Notes under the pieces: generated by a model | Told to the model about the DNA's origin: nothing | Seen by the model: the letters and a program-made list of their open reading frames with translations, nothing else | Databases searched by the model: none | In this document: one piece after another, positions 12,069-24,200 of the stretch | Numbering within the stretch: the stretch's first letter is position 1 | Layout of the letters: each line of letters opens with the position of its first letter | Made by a program: the position numbers and the translations under genes | Origin: Hyphochytrium catenoides | Lineage: Eukaryota; Protista; Hyphochytriomycota | Direction of reading: 5' to 3' | DNA length: 64,000 bases | Assembly (NCBI GenBank): GCA_900088475.1 | Contig: FLMG01003436.1 | Coordinates: 1-64,000 of the forward strand

Positions 12069-13295
12069 CTAGGTCTCTTCCGAAGTTGAACAAGCCAGAA
12101 CACATACTGCTGTCCTATCAGCCTGCACACTAGCGAGGGCCTGTAGATAGTCAAGACCATAAGAGGAGCACACAGCTTGCGCGTTGCCGTCTCCCCCACA
12201 ATAGACCAAGGACAGCACCTGCTCGTAGTTCAAATCCTCATGATTGCTTTCTTGCTGAAGAGACTTCACGGCGCAAAGGACGATGGGCAGCGCCACGAAC
12301 TGGTGCTTCTCAAGTCGCACAGCAGAGTACGGAGGTGAGAAGGTCAAACTCTCGGGCCAGTCCTCCTTCCTAAACCACTGATAGAAGCTTGATTCATCGC
12401 TGAGGTCGTATTCAACACTCTGATGCATGGAATGCTCGTCTTGACCCCCCATAACTTCGAAGTTGTCGTTGAGGACCTGCGCTGCTTGATGAGAGCACAC
12501 ATGAGCAAGAGCCTTCATTAAGCTTTCCCGGAAGTATTTTCGGTATCGAGGGTCCAGTTGTGGAGCTTCGTTGTCTCTCAGGGCCACAAAAAGAGAACGT
12601 GCAACGGCGAGCGCGCACCTGCCCATTGCCCAAATATAGCTCTTCAGATCTCGCTTAGTCGTTGATACCAGACGAATCAGAGCTTTAACCATTAGTGGCT
12701 GGGGATCAAGGCTGTCCGCTTCCTCCTCACACAAGCCGACAGCCATGGCGACAAGATACTTAAGGACCCGAAACTCTACGTCCTTAAGGTAGTCATTCAA
12801 GTGGGCCGTGAACTGGCTTATGACCGTGTCCACATCGTCGTTTTGCGATGACGCAGCCCCATGACTAACCCACAGATCAAGCAGCGACTGCCGCAAGGAA
12901 AGCTCTTCCTCTCTTAGTCTTTCCTCCTCTTCTTGCTGCTTAGCGGTAAATCCAGGCGTCGATCTTGCACTAGCATCAGCGGACAGTGTGGTTGTGGAGA
13001 TGGCCCCACTAGTAGTGGCTTCAGCATCTTCTCCTCTATGCAATAGCGTCAACCGACGCTCGTGGATCGCTTGAATCTTATCACAAAGCTCAGGCTCTGC
13101 CACAGTGACGAATGCCGCTTTATAATGATAGAGGAGGAAGCCCGCTACCACGTGAGAGACAACGCTCGCATGGGAGCTAAAGTCATAAGTCTCTTGCTCC
13201 TGTGGGACTGTAAGAGTGTCCTCGTCCACGTACTCTGGCTGAATGTGAGGAACTATCTCTTCCTCGCCTGCATCTGCTGGTACTCCACCTGCCAT
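12069..13295 (-). CDS. Hypothetical protein (~400 aa, acidic and helical)
   Basis: 1.2 kb open frame with protein-like composition; first ATG at 13295. There may be an in-frame 78-nt intron near the 3' end. No family recognised. Confidence 0.7.
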   Translation of the reverse strand: MAGGVPADAGEEEIVPHIQPEYVDEDTLTVPQEQETYDFSSHASVVSHVVAGFLLYHYKAAFVTVAEPELCDKIQAIHERRLTLLHRGEDAEATTSGAISTTTLSADASARSTPGFTAKQQEEEERLREEELSLRQSLLDLWVSHGAASSQNDDVDTVISQFTAHLNDYLKDVEFRVLKYLVAMAVGLCEEEADSLDPQPLMVKALIRLVSTTKRDLKSYIWAMGRCALAVARSLFVALRDNEAPQLDPRYRKYFRESLMKALAHVCSHQAAQVLNDNFEVMGGQDEHSMHQSVEYDLSDESSFYQWFRKEDWPESLTFSPPYSAVRLEKHQFVALPIVLCAVKSLQQESNHEDLNYEQVLSLVYCGGDGNAQAVCSSYGLDYLQALASVQADRTAVCVLACSTSEET

Positions 13296-13493
13296 CCTAT
13301 TGGATCCGTCAACTAGTTCTCGTCGTTTGCTTCTCTCAACAAGCACCTGAGCGCAGTAGCGCGAATTCTAGTTTCTTCGCTTCTTCTGCTTGTTTGGAAA
13401 GAGGTACAATGTTGAAGAGAGTCCCCTTGTTCCTAACCCCTGCTAAAAAGGCTATGTCGAAACCACCTATTCTCATCATGGCTAGCAGTATGA

Positions 13494-13543
13494 TGAGAGA
13501 GAGAGAAAGAGAGAGACAGAGGAGATGAGATGAGAGGGAAGAG
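13494..13543. repeat. Imperfect (GA)n microsatellite
   Basis: Directly visible GAGA-rich run. Confidence 0.8.
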
Positions 13544-14351
13544 AATGTGGACAAGTGATCTGATGTGGGCAACAGAAAATTATAACGGCTGAGACGCTTT
13601 GTAGGTGATCGACTTGTCCACAATAACTAGGGAGGAAGCAGCAATAGGTTCCGTTGTCCATCCACAACGCCACAGAAGAGTCGAAACGCAATCAAGCCTC
13701 TTGATGGGTTAACGTATGGACAACAGTCATGTCTCATCCCCCTTGTTCACCTTGACAAGATGAGGACGCCTGTTACCAGACTTGGTGCTTTGTGGCGACA
13801 ATAGCTGCGACAATTCTGGACATCCTCACTGATAATAAGTGACAGCCAGCTGCCGGCCGCGCCGGGCTCGCCACACCGACAACCACAATGATGACCATCA
13901 TCACGAGTAGTGGGAAGGACGAAGAGAGGCAGAGGAGATGGGAGAAGAAAAGGACGTTGCTTGTTGTTGTCTGCCATCATCAGCGTCTGCCAGGCCTACA
14001 AGTACCTAGCAGTCAGCCACCTTCCCACGGGAGTCCCCGGACTCACTCACTGCTTGCTTGTGGGCTGGCTGCTTGGTGGATGGATGGCTTGCCTGATGAC
14101 AGACAGCGGTGAGGATGACGGGAGGAGGAGGAGGAGGAGGGGACGACGACCTGACCAAAAACGGACCGGCTTCTGACGGTGACCACACCTTGTGCGGGTG
14201 AGAGCTCTTGACACAGCCTGATTCTAAATAGAGCGACGCTCTTGTGTAATATACATAACAAGTAGTATACTAATTCAGAAGCCTAAGGCCCACCGCGCGC
14301 GGAGAGGTCTGTCCAGCGTCTGATTCCATCTTCTTTCCGCCAACCTCAAAT

Positions 14352-14357
14352 AGAGAG

Positions 14358-14395
<38 letters not shown>

Positions 14396-14399
14396 CAAT

Positions 14400-14435
<36 letters not shown>

Positions 14436-14454
14436 GGACACAGAGAGAGAGAGA
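14352..14454. repeat. (GA)n microsatellite, ~100 bp, interrupted
   Basis: Directly visible long GA dinucleotide tract. Confidence 0.95.
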
Positions 14455-15281
14455 GGATGGCAGATTCGTTCTTTTCCCCCCCTTCCTTCCCATCATCATC
14501 GCCTTCCTCCCTCTCTGGATGAGTGAATATCTACCCACCTGTACCTGTCTGTACGAAGTACAATGGCGGGTTGTTGATGGTCGGTTCCTTCGGCCGTCGA
14601 TCAGTCTCCCTCATCAGTCGGTTCAGGTGTGGGTCACATAGAAAGAAGGAAGGCACCTGACCAGCTGACCTCGGTCGTGTCGTCTAGTGGTTTCAGGTCT
14701 GTCTGCGCTGCAGCTCTGCAGAGAAGACACAGCTCCGCAATCTTCTCTATGAGCTTGACACGGGCTTTTTGAAGAGACTGGGAACAAACCAGGACAATGC
14801 GCGGGTGAGTGTGTCCCTTGTTAAGCAGAGAAGCGTACATAGCCTTTCCGAATAGTAAATAACAAAGGCGATAGATGATCCGTAGAGTTGTTCATGATAT
14901 CACTATTATTAACAGCTCAAGATCAACGGGATGTCATGGTAACATCAATAGAAGAGTGGTTGAGCTTCCTAGACGAGTTGCTAGATGACGAGTCCGGTCG
15001 CCAATCCGAGTCGCCTTCTAACTCCTGCCAACCTTGGGCTAACAAAACTGAGACAGTGGATTGTAAGGTGGAACTTTGATGATCTGAGGCGTCGTTATTA
15101 GACAAACAAGCACCCTCATTTGCCAGCGCGCCAGCGCTACAAAGCTGACATCGTATAGCTTTCCATTTGCCGCAGATGTCTAATAATACTAACTAGCACT
15201 AGTCCCAACTCTCGCTCTGCGTGATGAAGCTTTTAAGGAAACGAGATAACGGAAATGACATCGTTGTGCCTCATGCTCTAT

Positions 15282-18200
15282 CTATGCGCCTTCCTCTGAA
15301 AGCTGTGACAGCGAGTTGAGGGGACTTGCCATGGAAGACTTCTTCCTCAACCCCGAGCTTAGATCGGTGACCGCCAAGCCACGGGTCGGCTGCCGTTGAA
15401 GTTTTCCGGTAGGCCTTCGGCCGCTTTCACCTCCTCCGCCCACTGATCCTCCTTGCTCGGGCAATCCTCCTAAGGCTGATGCAGCCCCACGGACTGGAGC
15501 TATAGGGCTGAGCTGTGCTTTCATTGACGGGGAAGAAGCAGGAGAAGAAACAGAGGAAGAGGCGCTTCTGAGGTAGAGAATAGGCCTGAGAATGGCGTGA
15601 CTTTGCTGCCTCATTTTAGCAAGGAGAACCTTGCCTTTTCCGATAACATGTTCTGAGGAGTCGGATTGCATTATCTCCTCTGTCTTGAGTATAAGAGAAG
15701 AGAGTCTCCTGTCCAGCACCGCACTCTCTCCCTTCCTCTTTCCTCCGTTCATGGGAGAAAGAGAGGAGGGCCGCTGAAGCGTAGGCCTGCGAGTAAGTGT
15801 ACTCGATCTTTTACCCTCTCCTGGGTTTCCGCCTCCATGCAAGGGAGAATGTTGAGAACCCTCAATCAGCTGACTTTCCCTTCCTGCTCCGTCTGTCTGC
15901 GCCAGATCGAGCTTGTGAAGAGAGGATAATTCCAGTCCTAAGGAGGGACGAACTGAGCCCTCTGGAACCTTCGACTCCAACTCCCCGCCAGTAGAGACAG
16001 TCGAAGTAGCAAAAGGGCTAGCAGAGGGAACAGGCTGAAGAAGGTTGCTGTTGCTGGCTTCTGCAGCTTTTTGGACGCTGACAGCCGTGGTCAACAGCTG
16101 GGCAATCCGCCCACCTGCGCTCCAGCCATTTGGGATGGGAGGGGAGGGAGGAGTTTGTGGCTTGGTGAGGGAAGATACCTCCTCTCCGTCCTCTGTTGAG
16201 GAACTCCGACCAGTGAGACCATCCTCTTCCTTGCTCCGTTTGACATCACTTCCTCCCTTACTCGTGGGAGAGGCGCCGGACAACTCTTTCTTGATAGCCT
16301 GATTCGTGAGACCGGTTGCTGGAACGGAAGGAGGCGTTGAGATAGAAGACTTGAGGCCATTCTGCTCGTCTTTCCTTGCTGTTCTATCCTCTTCATCATT
16401 CTCGCTCTCTGGCCCTGCGCCCGGAACTCTAAAGGTTATAGGGATCCCGACTCCCTCCTCCTCGTCCTCTCCTTGGCCAGGCTCCTCTCTGTCTCTAACG
16501 ACCTCGCCATTGATCGTCTCTGGAGGAGCTAGCTTGCCATACCGAGCAACATTCTCCAAGAGAGCGCTATCATCTCTATCGCCCAACTCTGTCCGATAGA
16601 ACGAGGTCGACAAGGGTAGGTCAGAAATAAGGTAAGTGGATGACCTCAAGGTGGACCACTGCACTATATGAGGGACTTACTGTTAAGGGCAGACGACGGA
16701 GAGGGTGCAGAAGAACCATTTGCCGACTCCACAGTCCTTTGCTGCTTCTTATTATTTGCTGGGCTAGAGCTGCTGTGTTGATCCTATCAAGCAATGGGCA
16801 ATGGAAACACGAAAATTTTACATTTGAAGAGGAAAGATGCAGTGCAGAAGTTCCCGATTCATGGAGCAAGGTAAGAAAAAGAGAAGCCACAGCCCACAGT
16901 CCGTTAGAAGAGTGATGCGGTGTCTCCAGCATTAAGAGAAAGATACACATGTATAACGGAAGGTAGTACCTCGCTGTCCTCTGCGGCGACAGTCCAGTGA
17001 GAAGACTCCTCGATCGCCAGAGCCTCTGGAGGAAGGCGAGAGATAAGAATACCCGCGCCGCTTTTCTCTGTCACTTCCTCAGTGTTCACCTACACAATGT
17101 GCACATTTGTTTAGAGGAAGAGCAGAAGAAGACAGGTTGATGGTTCTTTTCTAGGAAGCCCGCTGTTTACCTTCCACCACGGCACTAACGCAGGGACAGT
17201 AGAGGAGAGCTCCAAATGTCTTGGATGTCTCTCTTCTGCAGCTGCTTTAGGAAGGAAGCTGAGGTTCAGTTTTGGGCGGTAGCACCGAGGAAAGGAGTTT
17301 GTTGGGGAGGTTGAGGAAGCAGTAGATGATGTCGAAGGGCCGTTCGAAGATGCAGGAAAGAGGGCTCCTTCTAGACTTTGTTGCAGGTAAGCAAACGGCC
17401 CGCCATCGTCTGGATTGCCTCCCTTTCCCTCAACCGTGGAGGACTTGGAGAGGAGAGAGCCCCATCGTCCGCTCTATAAAGAGGAGAGACAAGAAGAAAG
17501 GGGCCCAATGCCAGCGATGTAGGCAATATGTAAAGTCCGGGTGAGTCAACATAACAGACACAAGTGGAGGATCTACAACTTCCTTCAGTCCTACCTCAAG
17601 CACAGCTGGACTGCCAGCCTTCGCCGCTTGGCTAGCTTCCAACAGAGCTGCCGTAGAGTCCAACGGCCACTCCGTATTCGGCTTCTCGTCTTCTTCTTCT
17701 CCCTCACCACAAGCCATTATCGCGTTCACTAACGATTGGTTGATGGCTTCCATATGAATCAGCTGATTCTTAGAAAGATTGGCGAGGATACCTAGGCAGC
17801 ACGTCCTTGAAGGTCGACAAGAGAGGGTTGAAAAGAAAGAGAGTGAGAGAAAGCAAAGAGCAAGAAGTGAGCTCAGATGGAACGGGACCGACGTTCAAAG
17901 GAACCCTGAAGAAAGGAAGCTAAAGAAGGTCACCGCAGACAGCTAGAATGGAAAGGAAGAGCCATCGAGGAAGAAGTGAGATGACAGGCATGAGAGACCC
18001 TACCGTGTGACTTTATCCTCAGCCTCCGCCAAGTTGATGATTGCATTCAAAGAGCTTTCTAGACCCAACCTTAGCCTGTAATGAGAGGAAATGTATCCAT
18101 ACATAGATGAAAAGAGAGATAGGGAAGAAGAAGAGAAGCGGTCAGAAGGTGAGGAGCAAACACGTCAGGACTGGAGTTGCAGTTGTCTCTTAGGGAGAGA

Positions 18201-21200
18201 ACTTTAGCGAGAAAAACCGATGAAGAAGTCCTGAGCTCAGACCTTGCTCTAGGATTGCAGGAAAGCTTTTGAAGGGACTCTGCACAGTTTCTGATCGCTT
18301 CTTCCTCTTCTTCTCTCCTAACGGAAGAGGAGGAGATGGCGCAGGACTGAAGCGTCGCGAGAACAGAGAGGATGGTCTCGACGATTTTGTCATCTACCAG
18401 CTGCTCATGATTTCCTGGTGGCGTCACCAGCTTCTTGATCGAAGCTGTTAAGTAAACGAAGAGTGAGAGAGAGATGCGAGCGCGATGCGAAGCGAGAGAG
18501 AGTAAAAACCAAGAAGAACTAAGTATCGCTTCTACTTATCGACAGCTAGACAGAAGTAGAGGATGAAGAGCACTCGTGCCTAACAATTGAGTGCTTCCAA
18601 TACAGGTGCCTGATAAGCAAGAAAACAGAGGGAGGATCCGTGGGATTGGGAGGATATCAACGCCGACAGAGGAGAGGCTGAAAAATACCTGTCAGCAGAA
18701 CCATTCCACCTGGCACTGCCAGTCGCCTTCCGCTCGCTTTATGCAGGATTTGGCCTCCCCCATCTCTGACAATTCTATGAGTATTTACACGGCCCAGTGC
18801 TGCTCGACAGACCGCCACCGCACACTCCTGCACTAGCTCTGAAAGAGAGGAGTGCGACCTTTCCTTGTCGTTGTAGGTTCCTACCCTTCTCTCTTTTTCC
18901 TCCAGCAGGACGAGAAGAGATGATACCAGTCTTTGGTCCACCAGTAGAGGAAGGCAAGTAGCATGGCAAGAGAGATTACTGAGAGTAGCAGAGAGGAGAA
19001 GGAGGGTGCCGTTGGATGCAGGACGAGAAGAACATCCCGCCGATGACGAAGAGACAAAGGAGATTATAAGGTCCAATGCTTCCATTACTGGAGAGCTATG
19101 GAGATCATTAGACAGGTGGAGAGGATTGAGGGTTGAGGCGCGGGAGGAGGAATATGCGCAAGATGGAGGGAAGGGCAAGAACGACAATCGATGGTTAGAA
19201 ACAATGCCTTCCATACGCATCAGGACTATAATCTTCTGTCTCACCTCTGCAGAATAGGCAACAGGTCCTGGGTAAAGCAAGAGAGATGGTAGAAAATCCG
19301 AGTTGCAGCGTATAAAACCAGCTCATCCTCTTCCTTCTTAGCCTCATGGCTGTTATCCTCTCTCTCCTGGTCACTATCTCTCTCTTCATATTCATTTTCG
19401 CTCTCTGTGTCCTCCTGCTCATCCACTCTCTCAAATTTTTGTACCCCGGGGGCTTTGACGCGCCTCTCATCTCCTATCTTCTTCTTTTCCTCTTCTTGTC
19501 TCCTCTTCAGAACCCGTAGGACCCCGTCCACTATTCCGCAGCGGAGTAGACGCTGAAGAAACTTCGGCTCATTGGAGACCTTCAGCAGAGCATATAAGCA
19601 CCGGTCTCGGACGGACTCTGGTCCTTTAACAGCTAGGGAGCAGAGGAGAGGGAGAATGTCCTCCCGCTGTACAAGGATGTCTCTCAGCTGTGGAGTGCCA
19701 AGAAGCACGAGAGAAGAAAGGATCTGAGAGCATAAGTTGGGTATGTCGCTGGAAATGAGGCTTGGGAGAGAGCGGAGAGGAGATGCCTCTGCAGCGGCAG
19801 AGAGGCTGCATGAGATCTTGATAGCAGGGATGAAGCCTTCCCGGACAATAAGCTCTCCTGTTGAACCAGAAGTGAGAAACATAACTATCAAACCAGACGC
19901 AGGATTGGAACTGAGTAGTCATTATCTCACACTCACTAGTAGCAGACGGCAGCAGTAACAAGAGAGAAGTAGCTAAGCGTTGCTTAAGAAGAAAAGGCAG
20001 GTTGAATGTAAAAGTGGAAACCAGAGGTGAGAAAGAGGTGGTAAGAGATGATTCTCACCGTGCTCGGGATTCGCCAAAAGGTTGCACACTGTTTGAAGAC
20101 AGATCTTCTCTGTCTCCCTCTCGCTTGTCTCTTTGTCTTTCACCACCTCTTTCATTAGCAAGAGACCTCTGAGAGCAGCTAGGACGCTAATGGTCGTAAC
20201 TTCTCCTCTAGTGCGCGGATTAAGGGCAAGGTTGCAGAAGGAGACAGCACAGATTTTGCGCAGCTCCTCGTCTTCCGCTTTAGCGTACTTTGACAACGCC
20301 CAAAGAACTCCATCCTTCACCTGAGATACGATACAGAGAGAGAGAGGAGAGATCAGTAAGAGACCCGCAGACTTGACCAAAGGCCACCGTAAGAAACCCT
20401 ACAGAGGAGGAGAAAGCTCGTAGGAGCAGTAGCACTATAACCAAACTATAGATAGCATGCCTTGGCGTTGGATGATGATAGAATAAGGACAATATTATCT
20501 CCCCAGAAAGGAAACAAGAAGAAGCTGAAGGGTTGAAGGTCGGAAGTCGACTCTTCAGCAGCCTCTATGCGCTCAGTAAATTCACTTGCTAATTTGGTTT
20601 GTACGGCCACGTTACCAGCTTGAGCTGCAAGCTCTCAGTACCCAGGAGGTTGAAGAGCGAGAGAACACATAGCTTCTGGGTGTACTCAGACGTGGAGCCA
20701 ATAAGCGCCATCATTAGCAGAGCGGCGCCTGCTCCCATTGCCAGGATTTTCTCCTCGTTCCCAGGTATCTCGGCCAGCCTAATAAGCAGAACAAGAAGAG
20801 ATCGAAGATCATTAGATATTTGCCGTCCCAACACCAGCCACCGGAGGACGGCGTGGGTAGTCACAATAGAGATCTGTTACCTGCAGAGCGCGATGGCACA
20901 GCTCCTCCTTAAAGATTCGTCATTGGAACTAGCTGCTTTGACAACGGCTGGCAACAGCTGTTCGTGGAAATAGTAGAAAGATTAGTTCAGTCAGTTGAAA
21001 ACATCTCGAAGCCATGAGACGGCCTTCTTGTCCGGCCTCCACATTGTTCCTATCTTTGGTTTCTGTCTGGTACATCTACCCCTTACCTCATGAGTAATGG
21101 GCTTTCCTTTGTTTCCTTGCTCATGGCAGCAGCGAGCTGCCAAGAAGGAGAGTCCAATGGCGGTAAACTGCAAGAGCGCACTGGCAATGTCATCGGAGGC

Positions 21201-24200
21201 GGCAGAGGAGAGAAAGACGAGAGTCTGGTCCACGCCCTCCTCGAGGAGAGCAGCAGGTGATGCCGTTCGGCACAAGCGGCAAAGAATGCCTGCGGGGCGC
21301 GGGACGGGCAAGGGATTCACGGCAAGCGTGAGAGGGAGACGATTCAGGGTAGAGTCAGTTACCTCTGGTATCCCTCATTCCTGTCACTCTAATTTAATGT
21401 TGCCCTTACCGGCGATGAAGATCTTCCTACTCGCTGTTTGCTTAGGTTGCTCCTTTGCCAACCTCACAAGAGCCTGCAAAAGTGCCCTTCTTTCTTCTTC
21501 CTTACTGATTCTGCTTTCGTCCTCTTGAAACAGATAGAGAAGAGACGAGAGGGAGTGCAACTGAATCCATTCAAATCGCAGCTGAGAGACAGGATCGTCA
21601 ATCTTCCTGGTCATGGCTTCTACCTCTGCATTCCGTCTTCCTCTTCCTTGGGAAGACGAGGAAGAGGGCGTAGAACCAGAGGTAGAGGGACTTGAGGAAG
21701 GACGTGAAGGCTCGCCCTCCACAGCCTCTCCCTCTCCAGCTCCAATCAAGCGGAAGAGGAGCGGAAGCGTCTTCTTCTCTAAGATAGCATCGTGGAGCTC
21801 AGGGAAATAGCAGCATTGCCGCAGGATCTTTGACAGCCTCAATAGGAGGAGGAATGAAGGGGGAACGAGGAAGCCAGACGGACTTTTAAGAGATGACGAT
21901 GTCTCCTGCAAGTTAGAAGACGAAGTGGAGGAGGTGAAGGAAAAGCAAGGGAGGATTTGTCCCCTGATAAGGTGGATGACGGGAGAGAGAAGGTCTAGCT
22001 CAAGGAGCTGACGGGTGGAGAAGCGGGAGAGGGAGAGAGCATTGCACAGCCCCGCAGCACAGAGCTCCAGAGTTTCCTGCACGAACACAAAGACTGATTA
22101 GAGCGCATCGAGGAAGTCACACAAGCTGTTGGGAGGGAGAGCAATCAGACGAAACGGACAACTAAGGCGGCAAATTAGGCTTTGCTATCAAGGAGTGTCC
22201 TCCTTCAAGGTTCGTTCTCTGTGGGTAAGCTCTCCCTTTCACGAAGGAAGGGAAAGACGCCCACATGAATTGGCAGGTAAGGGCACAACCAAGTCATAGG
22301 CGGCAGTTCAGGCCACATAGGCAGTTCAGGCCACAGGGTAAGACAATCAAGCTCTAAGAGTGCCGTACCGCAGTCTGCCAGTCAGAGGACATGGTCTGGA
22401 CCAGCAGCCGCGCAGCATCAAACTCCAAGTCGGGCAGAACGCCGACCTTCAGTTTGCTACAACGATGAAGAGAAAGGATAGCGGTAAGGTAGGTCTATCA
22501 ATGAGTAAGGAGGGGAGTAACAGCAAGAGAGAGTAGTGCCTGCAGCGCCGTAACATATCGAGAAGAGAGAGCTCTGGAGGACACAGGGGACAGGAGAACA
22601 GAAACTAGTAGCAATGCGTCAAGGAAGCTAATAGCTGATTAACGAAGGGGAGAGGGAGTCATAAAGATGGGTTCGCTCTTTACGTTAGTACGGCGCAAAG
22701 AGCGCTGATGCAGCCAATAAACGTCTGAAGGTCTTTTTCCCCTTCCTCGCGCAGAACTCTGCTGATGTAAGAGGAGAGAAGCGGGATAACCGTCTCGCCT
22801 GCACATGGTTAAGAAAAGATGTTCAATTGAAGCTAAGACAAAGAGGTGCGCCTTTCTTGTTAACACTCTTTTTGTGAAGCAGCGAGCATCACGGGCTAGA
22901 TCGGTAACGCTGGAAAATCTACCTGTGAGCCTCTGATGCTCTGTGTCTTTGTGGCACTTCGTTGCAAGCCTGAGAGAAGAATACGTTCGGAGAGGTAAGA
23001 GCAACAGATGGGACCAAGGCATACTTTAGAGGAGATTGACGTCGAATAACACGAAGAGACAACACTAGCGGCAAAACCATGTTCGGATTGACCACCCGCG
23101 CATGGACGCGTGCTCTCCGACTAAACTGTCGCCATAGAATGGCAGACTGACAGGGAAGAACTTCACATGGCAAAGTCGATATTTCTCGGTTGTTTCCTGT
23201 CCCTTGTTACCTTTGTAACGCCGTCACAGTAGCTCTGCGAGCCTCTGGGGGCACCACTGGAGACGAGAAGAATACTGAAAGGAGAGGCAGCGCAAATCCT
23301 CCAGCTAGCAGGAGACTGCAGCTTGACGAGTCTTCCGTGAGATTCTGCAAGATTCCTGATGGAGGACGAGAGGGGAGGACAGACATACTTTTATTGACAA
23401 GAGAAAGGAAAAGATGAAGCCTTTGGAGCTCATAGAAACAATCTGGTAGCAGCAGCTGCAGGTAGATGAGAGGAGTGAGCACCCATTTTTAGTCGGCGTC
23501 ACGAAGAAGACGTATTTGCCATGCGTCATTCACTGTACTCTATCTCACCAGCCACAAGCGTTAGTATTCTTGGGTTACTGCTCTTCGCGGCCTCAGCCAT
23601 GAGGCGGTCGATGCGCTGTTCAGCCATTGGACGCTGGCACTGGGGAGACTTTGACAGCACCTGGAAGATCTCTAGGACCACCTGAGGACCACGACCATAC
23701 AAGGATGTAAGTAAAGCGAGGGACGATTAGAAGGATAGAGGAAGAAGGACTTCCAGCGGAGTTGTCTCTAGTCAATAGGATTTTCACTCGCCCGGCAACC
23801 GTTGTCACTTCGCTGTTGTGGCTGTTTCTCCCCTTTCTCAACCTACGACGCTTCCATATTTTCTACTTAGGTCCGCCCATGCTGCGGAGTTTCCTCTTCT
23901 GGCCACTGTTTCTTTTAAAGGGGCAATTGACTAACCTCCCGCGTTTCCTCCAACGTCATCCTCTTCAAGGATGTGCCGCCGCTGCTCATCTGGGCTTGCT
24001 CCGCACTTGCCGCCTCAAAGACCTGCAGGAGGGTAGCAAAGGTTCCGTCCTTCAGGAGACGGTTGGAGAACTGACGGAACCTGAAACAAACAGAGATAGT
24101 CAACGAGCTGCACCAAGAGTAAGGATACAAGCCCCAACAGAATGTCCCCTTTCTTTGAATGGCAGAAGGGGTAGAAAGGAGTGTCTGAGGCAGCTGCCGA

